A stretch of DNA of 64,000 nt from Promethearchaeota archaeon (GCA_019057795.1 JAHLWS010000052.1:1-64000), one strand, 5' to 3'; shown: positions 8,632-19,381, counted from the stretch's first letter. The notes: generated by a model from the letters alone, not told the origin. Translations and numbers: made by a program.

Positions 8632-10407
8632 ATGTATTTAGATGTCCTTAGAGAAGCACCAATTTTGCCTTTCTCTAATTTTGTCTCTCGAGGGGATATA
8701 CCTGATAGAATTGATATTTCTCGGCCAAGAAGTTATATTGATCGTGAAGTTTATAGATTAGTACGCCAGACATCGCGCGATAAATCAAGTAGGATGATAC
8801 CGTTGTTAGGTTCAGCGGGCACAGGAAAAACTCACGCCTACCACTCATTTAAGGACAAAGAGAGAGAAAATAAAAAGAAGATAGAAGAAACTGTTGAAGC
8901 AGAAGAAATAGAGGCGAGTCAACTGGAACCAGTTGATTGGACAATAGTTTATGTACCAAGCCCACCTGCTGCAATTCGAGTTTTACTCCACATATATACT
9001 TGCATTATTGAAGAATGTGGGCCAGAAATTCTCGATATCGTCTCAGAAAAATTAGTTAGAGAAAAATGGGGAGGTAAAAAGGGGGGATTGTTTCAGAAAC
9101 CTAAAATCGATGAAGTTATTCAAATGGGCATAAGAGAATTCCCTGGAGTATTTGCTGATTGTGTTAAAGCCCTTGTAACTTATCAATTAGATAAAAATAA
9201 AAAAGGTCTTGCTGAAAGATGGCTTCTTGGTGAAGACTTACAAGACGAGGAATTGAGTGAACTTGGAATTAATTCTGTTGTGGAAGAAGACGATGTATGC
9301 CTCGCCATGATTAAAATTATTACTGAGAATTTAGATAGAGTGCTTATTCTTTATTTTGACGAGCTAGAGTCTCCGTATAGGATGCATGGCGAAATTGCAG
9401 AACGAAAATTGCTTGAAATATTAAAACGATTATATAATGAAGTTAAAAGTTTAGTTATTGTTGTTGCTGTTTTAAAAGAAATCTGGCCACGTATTTTAGA
9501 GATCGCAGATCAACCACTACGCTCAAGGATGGAACCTGAACAAGAGCTAAAACCTTTTAGTTTGAACGATTTAAAAATATTCTTTAGCAAGTCTATGGAA
9601 ACCTTTTGGGAAGATAATAATTTAAATCCTCCATTATACCCGTTATTTCCATTAAATGAAAAATTAATTGAGATGATTTATGAAAAGACTCAAGGAAATC
9701 CAAGGAATTCCATCAAACTATGTAGGAGATTTATTGAAAAAATTGTGACGGATGAAATGAGCGTAGAAGAATTATTAGAGATAGGCATAGAAATGGTAGC
9801 AACAGCAAGACCTCAAATAGAAGAAGAAGAAATCATAGATTTTTCGAAGCCTAGAGAAATTATTAAAAGGACTATTGAAGAAATATTAGCTGAAGAGGAA
9901 TATGTTATAATCGCAACTCCCGCTTCGGTAGCGGGAGCAGCCTTAAAAAGCATTATAAAAGTTGGCGAAGAAAAAGGAAAGAAATTTAATACGCAAATGG
10001 AGTTTAAATTTATGTTTGGCAAGAGATCTCAAACTTTAGCTGCTTTAATTGAAACTGGGGGTAAGAAATGGGGTTTAGAAATACCTTCCTGTAAGAATTT
10101 CGATAGAAGTGCAGGTGTTGCTGGTTATTACGCAGCTAAACGATTGAAAGATGCGATAGATCAAAAAGTTATTGATTCAGCTATACTAATCGTGCCAACT
10201 GGTAGCGGCGGTGCGAAATTTGACATGATTTTGCAAAACAATTCAGAAATTCATAAAGTAGAGTTGAATAACGTATTAGGAGAAAATTTAATAGCAAATG
10301 CGTTAAAATCCCCAACTAAAGAAGGATGGAATATTGCAAAGATAATTTTCCCCGATATTGGAGAATATGTTCCTCCTCAAGTTGAAGAACCTTCAGAGGA
10401 ATTATAA
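8632..10407 (+). CDS. AAA+-type P-loop ATPase with uncharacterised C-terminal domain
   Basis: GSAGTGKT Walker A, LYFDELE Walker B, LRSR arginine finger, TQGNPR sensor-2. Confidence 0.7.
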   Translation: MYLDVLREAPILPFSNFVSRGDIPDRIDISRPRSYIDREVYRLVRQTSRDKSSRMIPLLGSAGTGKTHAYHSFKDKERENKKKIEETVEAEEIEASQLEPVDWTIVYVPSPPAAIRVLLHIYTCIIEECGPEILDIVSEKLVREKWGGKKGGLFQKPKIDEVIQMGIREFPGVFADCVKALVTYQLDKNKKGLAERWLLGEDLQDEELSELGINSVVEEDDVCLAMIKIITENLDRVLILYFDELESPYRMHGEIAERKLLEILKRLYNEVKSLVIVVAVLKEIWPRILEIADQPLRSRMEPEQELKPFSLNDLKIFFSKSMETFWEDNNLNPPLYPLFPLNEKLIEMIYEKTQGNPRNSIKLCRRFIEKIVTDEMSVEELLEIGIEMVATARPQIEEEEIIDFSKPREIIKRTIEEILAEEEYVIIATPASVAGAALKSIIKVGEEKGKKFNTQMEFKFMFGKRSQTLAALIETGGKKWGLEIPSCKNFDRSAGVAGYYAAKRLKDAIDQKVIDSAILIVPTGSGGAKFDMILQNNSEIHKVELNNVLGENLIANALKSPTKEGWNIAKIIFPDIGEYVPPQVEEPSEEL

Positions 10408-10443
10408 GGAGCTTAAAACATCTCTTTTTTAAATTTAAAATAA

Positions 10444-11367
10444 TTATAGTTTTTCGAAATGTTCTTTGATTTTTGTGTCTAAATTAAACAATTCTTTTGC
10501 TAATTGGTCTGCTCTCTTGAAATTCTTTAACAATTCAGTTAAGCTTATTGTTAATTCGTGATCTTCAAAGGAATTTGAAATATTTATTAAGGCATCTATA
10601 GGTCTGATTAACTCGTGATATAGATGAAGCTTATTTTGTTGGAACTCCTCAATTTTTTTTTCCATATCTCTATATATATTTTCGCGATCTTTAATTAAAT
10701 CGGGAAACTTTACTACTTGGTCAGCTTTACTCGTCAAAAACAAGACTACATCGTTTTCTTGGATGATATTGGCTAATTCAGCAGCTTTAAGAAAGCTTTT
10801 CCTAGCCTTTTTATAAAATTTATCATTTAATAATTGCTCAGCAAGTTTGATTTCCTCTGACATCTTCTCAGGAATGTCTTCACCTAAATCGATTAATTCT
10901 CTAGCTTCTTGCAACTTTCCTTCGTCAAGCATTTTTTTGGTTTTATCATTGATGGTTTCTTTAATCATAGCCGGTTCTTTTAATTTTTCCATTAAAGTGA
11001 AAATGGAATCAAATTCTTTTTTAAGCAACGCTTCTAATTTTCCTTTATCCTTTGAAAATTCTTTAACAACTTTAGCAGCGATGTTATCGAGTATACTCTT
11101 CATAGAAACTAAGTCTTCGTCTTTTTTAAAGACGAAACCTAAAAAGAGATTGTCTCTTTCAATAGATTCTGCGCTTATTTTTAACGAATAAAACCTTAAA
11201 TCTTCTCTCCAACATATTGTATCCAAAAATTCTTTTTGGATGTGTTTTTCTTCAAAATCTTTTAAAATTTCTGGATCGATTTTATTTTCTTGAGCCAAAT
11301 AATATTCTGCTAATACATTTGGCCCAAAAGATTCGTCAATTTCGTAGAGATATATTCCAACTGGCAT
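10444..11367 (-). CDS. Longin/uDENN-like N-terminal domain + helical (TPR-like) C-terminus
   Basis: MPVGIYLYEIDESFGPNVLAEYY matches the hh-x-x-F/I-D-x-x-x-GP start of uDENN/NPR2-type longins. Confidence 0.6.
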   Translation of the reverse strand: MPVGIYLYEIDESFGPNVLAEYYLAQENKIDPEILKDFEEKHIQKEFLDTICWREDLRFYSLKISAESIERDNLFLGFVFKKDEDLVSMKSILDNIAAKVVKEFSKDKGKLEALLKKEFDSIFTLMEKLKEPAMIKETINDKTKKMLDEGKLQEARELIDLGEDIPEKMSEEIKLAEQLLNDKFYKKARKSFLKAAELANIIQENDVVLFLTSKADQVVKFPDLIKDRENIYRDMEKKIEEFQQNKLHLYHELIRPIDALINISNSFEDHELTISLTELLKNFKRADQLAKELFNLDTKIKEHFEKL

Positions 11368-11509
11368 AATAAAGATTCTCAGTTTATTTTTTCATATTAA
11401 AATTATTATTAATTAATAGTTAATAAGCATTTGATTTTAAATTTTTATTTAATCAAAACATTTTGATATTATCTTAAAATTATAAGAACCTAAAAAGTGA
11501 ATTTATAAA

Positions 11510-12436
11510 ATGACGGTTATTGAAAATACTTACTGTGAAGCTTTTGAAGGTCTTGTTATCCAGTTAATGGTGACTGCCCAAGATGCTGAATTCCTAAACA
11601 GAGCCATAAATGCTTTCACTGCGTTACCTTCTACGGTTTTTGGAGATGCTGAAGGGGGAATTGTAAGGTGGCTTTCTGAAAAAGAGACTATTGATGGAAG
11701 ATTAGGGGCAATCGTTCAATTATGGGTAACGGGAACTGGAAAAAAAGCAACAGCTAAATTCTACGAACAATTAGGTCGCAGAATGAGACAAGGTATACTT
11801 GTAGTTCCAACCACTGCCGTTTTTGATTATTATCCTAAAAAAGTTGATACGAAATTTAATATGATGGATAATGTGGGTCATTGCGGAGATGGATACGAAG
11901 AAGTAGTCGAAAAATTCGATCGAAAGCTAATTTCAGTTCCGATTATGATGGGATATGATTTTTTAATTGAAGAAGAAATATCTTATGCGAAAGGAGTAAT
12001 GGGGGGAAATTTATGGTTATTTTGTGATTCTGTCAATTCAGGGATCAAAGTAGGGCGAGAAGCCGTAAGAATCGTCGCGGAATTAAACAATGTATGCACC
12101 ACTTTTGACGTATGTTCAGCAGGTTCTAAACCAGTACCCCCCGATGCGAAATTTCCTGAGATTGGTCCTCCTACAAATCATCCTTTCTGTCCAACATTGA
12201 AGGATAAATTATCCCCAGAAGAATTTGAGGTTCCTGAAGGAATAGCATCTATTCCAGAAATAATTTTCAACGCTCTTGATCTTGAAACCGTTGAGTTAAC
12301 AATGGCAAAAGTAATAGAAGGAATTATAGACATGGATGGCTTGCTTAAGATTTCTGCCGGAAACTACGAGGGAAAATTAGGTAAATTTAAAATATATTTA
12401 CGAGAATTAAGTTTAAAAGAAAGCTATTTTAGTTAA
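11510..12436 (+). CDS. ftr: Formylmethanofuran:H4MPT formyltransferase
   Basis: IENTYCEAF, AEGGI, GDGYE, GVMGGN, SAGSK, ISAGNYEGKLG. Confidence 0.9.
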   Translation: MTVIENTYCEAFEGLVIQLMVTAQDAEFLNRAINAFTALPSTVFGDAEGGIVRWLSEKETIDGRLGAIVQLWVTGTGKKATAKFYEQLGRRMRQGILVVPTTAVFDYYPKKVDTKFNMMDNVGHCGDGYEEVVEKFDRKLISVPIMMGYDFLIEEEISYAKGVMGGNLWLFCDSVNSGIKVGREAVRIVAELNNVCTTFDVCSAGSKPVPPDAKFPEIGPPTNHPFCPTLKDKLSPEEFEVPEGIASIPEIIFNALDLETVELTMAKVIEGIIDMDGLLKISAGNYEGKLGKFKIYLRELSLKESYFS

Positions 12437-12446
12437 AATTCTCTTT

Positions 12447-13124
12447 TTATTTATATGGTAAAGTTTTATCTTTTACGGGTAGAATAGGAAGTCCTTTTTT
12501 ATATTCAGAAAATATGGGGTATTTTTCTTCAAATACTCGTTCAATTTCCTCAAGCGGTAAATCGGCGTGTATCCCTCTATCCATGGTGTATTCTCCAAAT
12601 AGCCTACCTTCGTTATCGTATACGGCAAAAACAGCATCATTTTCGCCATCGAATTCAACCATAGGAATAAAACCACCCTTCAATGCCGTTTTCGGGTCAA
12701 AGGAAGGCGTTAATTTTACCCATTTATTATTCAGATAAAGTTCGCTATAGCCATGATAATGCATGACATTCGTCCCCATAAAATCTATAATTTTTTGAGA
12801 GATTTTATGATTTATCAAGTCTACTAAATGAATACTCGCGGGAATTCCAATCGCCCTCGCAAAGGAAGATAATAGTACAGATTTTGAGACGCAAAAACCA
12901 TTTTTTCGACGTAGAGTTACACTTGCTTTAAAATTTGCCTTTATTGACGGAATATATGTGTGCATGTTATATTTAATTTCATCTCTTACCCAATAAAAAA
13001 GAGCAATAGCTTTTTCTTTTTCAGTTTCTAACCCTTCTGTAATTTCAAAAGCTTTATCCCGAACAAATTTCTTGTTAAAATCAAAAAATTTAGTAGGTTT
13101 TAGATAAATATCCAAATTCCCCAT
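12447..13124 (-). CDS. Transglutaminase-like domain protein
   Basis: VRDEIKY, GFCVSKS (Cys), HGYSELYLNNKWVK (His). Confidence 0.85.
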   Translation of the reverse strand: MGNLDIYLKPTKFFDFNKKFVRDKAFEITEGLETEKEKAIALFYWVRDEIKYNMHTYIPSIKANFKASVTLRRKNGFCVSKSVLLSSFARAIGIPASIHLVDLINHKISQKIIDFMGTNVMHYHGYSELYLNNKWVKLTPSFDPKTALKGGFIPMVEFDGENDAVFAVYDNEGRLFGEYTMDRGIHADLPLEEIERVFEEKYPIFSEYKKGLPILPVKDKTLPYK

Positions 13125-13313
13125 AATAAGGAAAAAATTTGGTCATTTTTGAATATTACCATTCAGATTACTTTCACTAAAAAGAAAATTTAGAAAAAAA
13201 AAAAAGTTAAAGTGTATAAAAAAAATTAACTTTATGTAATTTATAAATAAAGAGATTTCTATTACTATTTAGGACCTAAACAATAAAAAGAGTTTTTTTA
13301 AAAAATTTATCGA

Positions 13314-13889
13314 GTGTTAAAAATTAAAATCAAAATTAAAAGTTTTATTTGGATTTTGCCATTAATTGGCGGACTTCTAACGCTCAGAGCAATTTTTACT
13401 CCAGCAGCTTATTATTTTGAGAGTAGTGGGCACTTAATTTTTTGGATGTGGGGTTGGTATGATAGATTAGGTATATGGGATTATGGCATGGCAAAGGGGT
13501 TTATTTATGATCCATTGATCCTTAATATTGGAATTATATGTACTGTATTAATAATAGTTGGTGCGTCCATCTTCATCGTTAACAGCATTTCAGCGGCTTT
13601 TATATTTAGGAAAGGTAATAGGTTTACCAAAATTGTATTATGGGTATGGTTTTTATGTGGAATATTACTTATTATAGCACCAATCTTTTGGATGGCAATG
13701 GTACAAATTTTTCCACCATTTTCACCAATTCCTGTTGGTAGTGACCCCCCTCTTAATTTCTGGAGCGTCTTTTTTCCAGCCTGGGCAGTTATAGCCCCAA
13801 TTATAACTGGTGCTTTATCTTGTGGTACTATTATTCTATTTAAAATAATAATTGTTAAATCATATAAAAAAGCAAATAGAAAAATTTAG
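13314..13889 (+). CDS. Four-TM hypothetical membrane protein
   Basis: Four hydrophobic segments and a basic C-terminal tail. Confidence 0.7.
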   Translation: MLKIKIKIKSFIWILPLIGGLLTLRAIFTPAAYYFESSGHLIFWMWGWYDRLGIWDYGMAKGFIYDPLILNIGIICTVLIIVGASIFIVNSISAAFIFRKGNRFTKIVLWVWFLCGILLIIAPIFWMAMVQIFPPFSPIPVGSDPPLNFWSVFFPAWAVIAPIITGALSCGTIILFKIIIVKSYKKANRKI

Positions 13890-13899
13890 AAAAAAAAAA

Positions 13900-15132
13900 T
13901 TAAATTTTTTCAGCTATCAAATCAATTATGTCAATAACTTGAATCTTTTCTCGAACTTCAGTGCTCATTTCTTTATAGGCATCACTTAAATTACCGATAC
14001 AGAAGGGACAACTCGTAGTTAAGATTTTTGCACCCGTATCTATGGCTTCTTGTATTCTTTCTTTTGAGATATCAAGAGCCAATTCGGGAAATTGACTTTT
14101 TACGCCTCCTCCAGCTCCACAGCACCAGGCATTCTTACGGTTTCTTTTCATTTCTAATAGTTCAATTCCCGGAATTTTCGATAATACTTCTCTAGGTATA
14201 TCGTAAAGATCCGTATGACGTCCTAAATGGCATGGATCGTGCCATGTTATGATTTCCGCGCCTTCTACGGATTTAAACGGTATTTCGTCATTATTTAACA
14301 TCTCAACTAAAATTTCCGTAATATGTTTTATTTCAAACGGTAATTCCTCACCTAGTAATTCAGGATAATCCTTTATCCAAGTTCTATAACATCCTGCACA
14401 TGCTGTAAAGACTGTTTTAGCTCCCATATTCTTAAAAACTTCTATGTTGTGCTTAATAATATCAGTTAAAGCCCTTTCATCGCCGATCCTCAAGGCAACA
14501 GAACCACAGCACCACTCGTCTTTAGACATTGCGATATCTTTTCCTCCTGCTTTCAAAATTTTCATCATACTTTTCAATGTTTCTACTTGTCTTAAAGGCA
14601 TCGTGCACCCCCCGAAAAATATTAACTCCCCTTGTTCCTTAATTTCGGGAAACTCGGTTGTCCACTCGAACTTTTTTGCTTCTTCTTCGCCGTAAGGATT
14701 TCTCATACCTTCGTTATTCATGTAATCAATTAACTTGCCGTGTCTATCAAGTGGAGCAAAGCCAGCCTCTACTAGATCTTTTCGTAACGCTTCCCATACT
14801 TTTACATGGTCGATCCATTTAGATGTATTGAGAACGATATACTCGTTTTGAGACATATGACACACTTCTGTGCAATTTCCGCATTCCATACACTCGTAAA
14901 CGAATTCCGCGAGCTCTCTGGAAAGAGGGATCTGTTCTTCTAATATACTTTTAAGAACGTTCATTCTTCCTCGAGAAAAACAAATTTCAAAACCTCCTCC
15001 TCCCTTAGCTTCCTTAACCGGACAAGTTAAATATCTATCGACTGCCGGTCTTATGGCGTATCCACAGTCTCCACAGCCCATACAGCTGAATACAGCTTTC
15101 CATTCTTCTTTCAGATTTTTTAACTCACTCAT
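13900..15132 (-). CDS. HdrD/GlpC-like Fe-S protein (two 4Fe-4S motifs + two CCG domains)
   Basis: CMGCGDC, CMECGNCTEVC, WCCG, HDPCHLGR, CCGAGGG, SCPFC. Confidence 0.9.
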   Translation of the reverse strand: MSELKNLKEEWKAVFSCMGCGDCGYAIRPAVDRYLTCPVKEAKGGGGFEICFSRGRMNVLKSILEEQIPLSRELAEFVYECMECGNCTEVCHMSQNEYIVLNTSKWIDHVKVWEALRKDLVEAGFAPLDRHGKLIDYMNNEGMRNPYGEEEAKKFEWTTEFPEIKEQGELIFFGGCTMPLRQVETLKSMMKILKAGGKDIAMSKDEWCCGSVALRIGDERALTDIIKHNIEVFKNMGAKTVFTACAGCYRTWIKDYPELLGEELPFEIKHITEILVEMLNNDEIPFKSVEGAEIITWHDPCHLGRHTDLYDIPREVLSKIPGIELLEMKRNRKNAWCCGAGGGVKSQFPELALDISKERIQEAIDTGAKILTTSCPFCIGNLSDAYKEMSTEVREKIQVIDIIDLIAEKI

Positions 15133-15136
15133 TTTT

Positions 15137-16660
15137 TCAATCCCCCCAAAAATTAAATTTTCCTCTACTTAATATTGATTTAGGGTCAAGAACATTTTTT
15201 ATAGATTTCATAAAATTATAATACTCTGGCGTATAAGCTCCAATATCGACCATCAGACGAGACATAAAATCTCCCATCATATACCACTGAACCCCGCTTT
15301 TTGTCACTCTTTCTAATAGCGATTTCCAGAGCTTTAAATCTAGTTCCCTGAGAAATTCGTGATTTTCCCCATCGAAATAACTTCCAAAACTAGTAAAACC
15401 ACATGTTAATTCTACATTATTTCCATCAATTAATAATATTGGTCCACTCCCTGCAATCGGACGACTTTTTGTAACATTTAAAATTTTTTGCATATCTTCA
15501 TTATGTTCCATGTCCCATTGCTCAATATCGTTTAAAATTGGAGGATATGAATTAATCGAACAAAAACATTCTGCTGTCAATGGTTCCATGCAGGGAGACA
15601 TGCCCCATAAGCTATGGTAGAATTGCCAATGACCTTGTTCAGTATAATGCCATTTAGCGATGTTCCCGTCAGAAATTTCTGAACCTAATTTTTCTGTCTT
15701 ATTATTTAGCATAATTTCGTCTAATTGTTTTACTTTCTCCTCTAATTCTTTTTCCGAATTTGCTTCGATCGTATAAAAGATTACTCCTCTCTTTTTTTTC
15801 AAGTTTTCCCATAACGGAAACATTCCTTGGTCACAACCTATTCTAACAATAAGATCCATCATATACATGAGATCGTAAACATCAATTCCTTTTTGTCTTA
15901 TTTCAGTCATTATCTTTGCCGAAACTTGCCTTTCTTTTCGAGGTAATTGAAATGTTTTATATGCTGCGAACGGTGGTCTTGGAAATATTTGTAGCGAAAC
16001 TTTAGTTTTCACGCCAAAAATTCCGTTATCACCACAGAAAAGGCCGGCTAAATCAGGACCATTGCCAAATCGATTGAAAGGGAATTTTGAGTACTTACTA
16101 GCTTGAGAACCCGTTTCAATGATATCACCCGTCGGAAGTACTACCTCCAGCGAAACCAATTGATTAGTACAGGCTCCATATTTTGCACATCCCCCTCCAC
16201 CTACTGAATGATGAGATATTCCGCCTCCTACCGCCGCAGTCATTCCGGAACCCGGCCCCATACAACCCGTATAAAGACCATAATGACACAAGTATTCGTT
16301 TAATTTTCCCCAAGAAATTCCGGCTTCAACGGTTACGATAAGATTTTCTTGGTCTAAATTGATAATCTCGTTCATTCTTTTCATATCTAATACTATTCCA
16401 CCATCCCCTATGGGTTTACTTCCACCGAATTCACAACCCCCACCTCCACGAGGTGTAACGGGGATATTTTCGATGTTTGCAATTTTAAGAATTTCTGCAA
16501 TCTCTTGAGCATCTTTCGGCCTAATTACGATATCGGGGATTCCTTGCAATACTGGGTCAACATTTCGTGAATACGCATGCCGTACATAAATATTATTAGA
16601 GATGTAATTCTCTTTAACGACATTTTCTAATTTTTTATATACTTCAGACAATCTTGTCAA
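15137..16660 (-). CDS. FAD-binding oxidoreductase (GlcD/VAO-PCMH fold)
   Basis: PDIVIRP, TPRGGG, LEVVLPTG, GPDLAGLFCGDNGIFGV, LDPKSILSRGK. Confidence 0.85.
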   Translation of the reverse strand: MTRLSEVYKKLENVVKENYISNNIYVRHAYSRNVDPVLQGIPDIVIRPKDAQEIAEILKIANIENIPVTPRGGGGCEFGGSKPIGDGGIVLDMKRMNEIINLDQENLIVTVEAGISWGKLNEYLCHYGLYTGCMGPGSGMTAAVGGGISHHSVGGGGCAKYGACTNQLVSLEVVLPTGDIIETGSQASKYSKFPFNRFGNGPDLAGLFCGDNGIFGVKTKVSLQIFPRPPFAAYKTFQLPRKERQVSAKIMTEIRQKGIDVYDLMYMMDLIVRIGCDQGMFPLWENLKKKRGVIFYTIEANSEKELEEKVKQLDEIMLNNKTEKLGSEISDGNIAKWHYTEQGHWQFYHSLWGMSPCMEPLTAECFCSINSYPPILNDIEQWDMEHNEDMQKILNVTKSRPIAGSGPILLIDGNNVELTCGFTSFGSYFDGENHEFLRELDLKLWKSLLERVTKSGVQWYMMGDFMSRLMVDIGAYTPEYYNFMKSIKNVLDPKSILSRGKFNFWGD

Positions 16661-16759
16661 ACCTCTTAATAATTTAATTAAACACTTTATAATAGACTCT
16701 ATAAATTACTTAAATCTTTATTTTTATTTTATTTATTTTCAAACTTTCTCATTTTTTAA

Positions 16760-17074
16760 TCATTCTTCAATACATTTCCAAGAATCTGCAATTATATGAT
16801 ATTCAGCAAATTTATCGCTAATTTTAACTTCAGGATTATTGTAATCACTCTCTAGCTTCGAAACTTTCCCAGTTATTTCGATCTGACCTTCACAAGAAAT
16901 CTGGTCCTTAGTATAAACTATAATTTGATAACTATCAGTTAAGTCGAAATAATTCATGTGTGGATGAGAATTAATAAGAGCTGTCATATGTTGCCAGATT
17001 ACTTTAGAAATTCTCCCTTTTACTTTAACTATATTTCCCACGTTATTTTCAAGATAAGTCCTTTTACTAAACAT
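16760..17074 (-). CDS. Small hypothetical protein, probable OB-fold
   Basis: VGNIVKVKGRIS...IEITGKV beta-strand pattern. Confidence 0.55.
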   Translation of the reverse strand: MFSKRTYLENNVGNIVKVKGRISKVIWQHMTALINSHPHMNYFDLTDSYQIIVYTKDQISCEGQIEITGKVSKLESDYNNPEVKISDKFAEYHIIADSWKCIEE

Positions 17075-17108
17075 TTTTTTTACTTCTTTTTCTAATGGTA
17101 TTTGCTTT

Positions 17109-18626
17109 TTATTTTTCTCCCCAAAAATTAAATTTTCCTCTGCTTAAAATGAACTCAGGGTCAAGCATTTTTTTTATAGATTTCATCAATTTAAAATATT
17201 CTGGCTGAAATGCTCCAATTTCGACCAAAAGTCTACTGAGAACATCACCCATCATATACCAAGTGACACCATGCTTAGTTATTCTTTCGAGTAAAGATTT
17301 CCAAAGTTTTAGGTTAAGTTCTTTAATAATTTCGTAATTAGTTCCATCAATGTAACTTTCGAAGCTCGTAAATCCAGTAGTTAGTTCAACATTTTGATCT
17401 CCAATCAATATTATTGGTCCTGCCCCGGAAATCGGCCGCATCCCCGTAATCTCTAAAATCTGTTCCATTTCTTTAGTGTGTTCTACGTCCCAAAGCTCAA
17501 CATCTTTCAAAATTTTTGGATATGCACTAATTGATGTGTGGCATTCTGCGTCTAAGGCTGTAAAACCAGGAACTAAACCCCATAAATTATGGGCGATTAG
17601 CCAGTGCCCTTGTTCCTCGTAATGCCATTTCCCAATATTACCATCTGCGATTTCGGGGCCTAATTCCTCTGCTTTATTTTGTAGAAAAATCTTGTCTAAT
17701 TGTTTGACCTTTTCTTCCAGTTCCATTTCAGAATTTGCCTCAACTGTGTAAAAAAGGGTCCCTCTTTTTCTTTTCAAATTCTCCCATAATGGAAATATAC
17801 CTTTTTCAGTGCCAATTTTTACTAATAACTCCATAAAATACATCGCATCGTAAATGTCAATTCCTCTCTGTCTAATTTCCGTAAAGATTTTTGCTGAGAT
17901 TTCTTCTGATTTTCGAGGCAATAAAAATGTTTTATAATTCGCAAATGGAGGTTTTGGAAATATTTGTAGCGAAGCTTTTGTTTTTACTCCAAAAATGCCG
18001 TTATCACCGCAAAAAAGACTTGCTAAGTCTGGCCCGTTTCCAAATCTATTAAACGGAAACTTTGAAAACTTATTTGCTTGAGATCCAGTTTCAATAATTT
18101 CACCTGTTGGTAAAACTACTTCCAAAGAAACTAATTGATTTGTGCACGAACCGTATTTCGCACATCCACCGCCTCCTACCGATTGATGTGAAATGCCTCC
18201 TCCCACTGACGCGGTCAGCCCGGAGCCTGGGCCTAAGCATCCAGTGTATAATCCAAAATGACATAAGTATTCGTTTAATTTTCCCCAAGAGATTCCTGCC
18301 TCAACGGTTACAATAAGATTTTCTTGATCTAAATTAACTATCTTATTCATACGTTTTAAATCCAAGACAATACCGCCATCTCCTATTGGTTTACTACCGC
18401 CAAATTCACAATCACCACCGCCACGAGGAGTAACGGGGATATTTTCTTCGTTTGCAACTTTCAAAATCTCAGAAATTTCTTTTGCATCTTTCGGTCTAAT
18501 TACGATATCAGGGACTCCTTGCAATACGGGGTCTACATTCCTCGAATAGGCGTGTCTTACATAAAGACTGTTCGAGATATATTTCTCCTTGACTATATTT
18601 TCTAATTTTTGAAACAATTCTGACAA
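17109..18626 (-). CDS. FAD-binding oxidoreductase, close paralog of 15137-16660
   Basis: N-terminal half nearly identical to the neighbouring paralog. Confidence 0.85.
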   Translation of the reverse strand: MSELFQKLENIVKEKYISNSLYVRHAYSRNVDPVLQGVPDIVIRPKDAKEISEILKVANEENIPVTPRGGGDCEFGGSKPIGDGGIVLDLKRMNKIVNLDQENLIVTVEAGISWGKLNEYLCHFGLYTGCLGPGSGLTASVGGGISHQSVGGGGCAKYGSCTNQLVSLEVVLPTGEIIETGSQANKFSKFPFNRFGNGPDLASLFCGDNGIFGVKTKASLQIFPKPPFANYKTFLLPRKSEEISAKIFTEIRQRGIDIYDAMYFMELLVKIGTEKGIFPLWENLKRKRGTLFYTVEANSEMELEEKVKQLDKIFLQNKAEELGPEIADGNIGKWHYEEQGHWLIAHNLWGLVPGFTALDAECHTSISAYPKILKDVELWDVEHTKEMEQILEITGMRPISGAGPIILIGDQNVELTTGFTSFESYIDGTNYEIIKELNLKLWKSLLERITKHGVTWYMMGDVLSRLLVEIGAFQPEYFKLMKSIKKMLDPEFILSRGKFNFWGEK

Positions 18627-18743
18627 GTTTTAAACCTTAATTTTTATGTAAAAAAATTAAAAATAATATATATTAGAAAGCTTCAACTACTTAAATGTAA
18701 TTCAATTTGCTATAATTTTCTATATAAGATTGGTTTTATAGAA

Positions 18744-19325
18744 TTGAAACTAGGAAAAAAGTATTTAGTTATAATTTCAACCGTTATTGTTTTAATTATT
18801 CCAATATTTTTTGGAATTTACGCCGATTTTCTCACCATAAGCGAAATTAGCTTAGAGATTTTGTTATTATTATTGATAGGGTTTGTGCTTCTTTTAGCTT
18901 TAGGAAAAGTGATGGAGTTATTTTTGTACGGTAAAAAAAGTAAAGAAAAAATGAAACAACACGATGTTATCAGGGCATTTTTGAACGAAGAAGGTAAAAT
19001 TGTTTTACTCATCTTTTTTCCGTTGACTATGATAATGGAGGAATTAATTTTTCGGTATTATCTTATAGGGTTTTTATTTAACCATCTAAACTTAGAATTA
19101 ATTTCAACAATTATGATTTCAAGTTTAATTTTTTCGCTTTATCACATTCATACATGGTTTAAATTTAAAGACTTAAAAATCTTGATTTCAAATCTTATAT
19201 TTTCATTTCTTTTAGGAATCTATAACGCCTATCTCCTTTTTACATTAGGCATATTTGCGTGTATTATAGTTCATTTTAGCTTGGTCTTTATAATATATTA
19301 TAACTTATACAAAAAAATTTCTTAA
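18744..19325 (+). CDS. CPBP (Abi/Rce1 CAAX-protease-like) intramembrane glutamic protease
   Basis: EELIFR, FSLYH, IIVH motifs; multi-TM. Confidence 0.8.
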   Translation: MKLGKKYLVIISTVIVLIIPIFFGIYADFLTISEISLEILLLLLIGFVLLLALGKVMELFLYGKKSKEKMKQHDVIRAFLNEEGKIVLLIFFPLTMIMEELIFRYYLIGFLFNHLNLELISTIMISSLIFSLYHIHTWFKFKDLKILISNLIFSFLLGIYNAYLLFTLGIFACIIVHFSLVFIIYYNLYKKIS

Positions 19326-19381
19326 ATACTATCCTATTATTTTAATATAAACAATTTGTTTAAACACTAAAAGTTGATATT

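Noticed and set aside
18744-19325. CAAX protease as part of a protein-prenylation pathway with the PFTB genes
   Set aside because: CPBP proteases are ubiquitous in prokaryotes, this one is not in the operon, and the PFTB domains lack evident Zn ligands.
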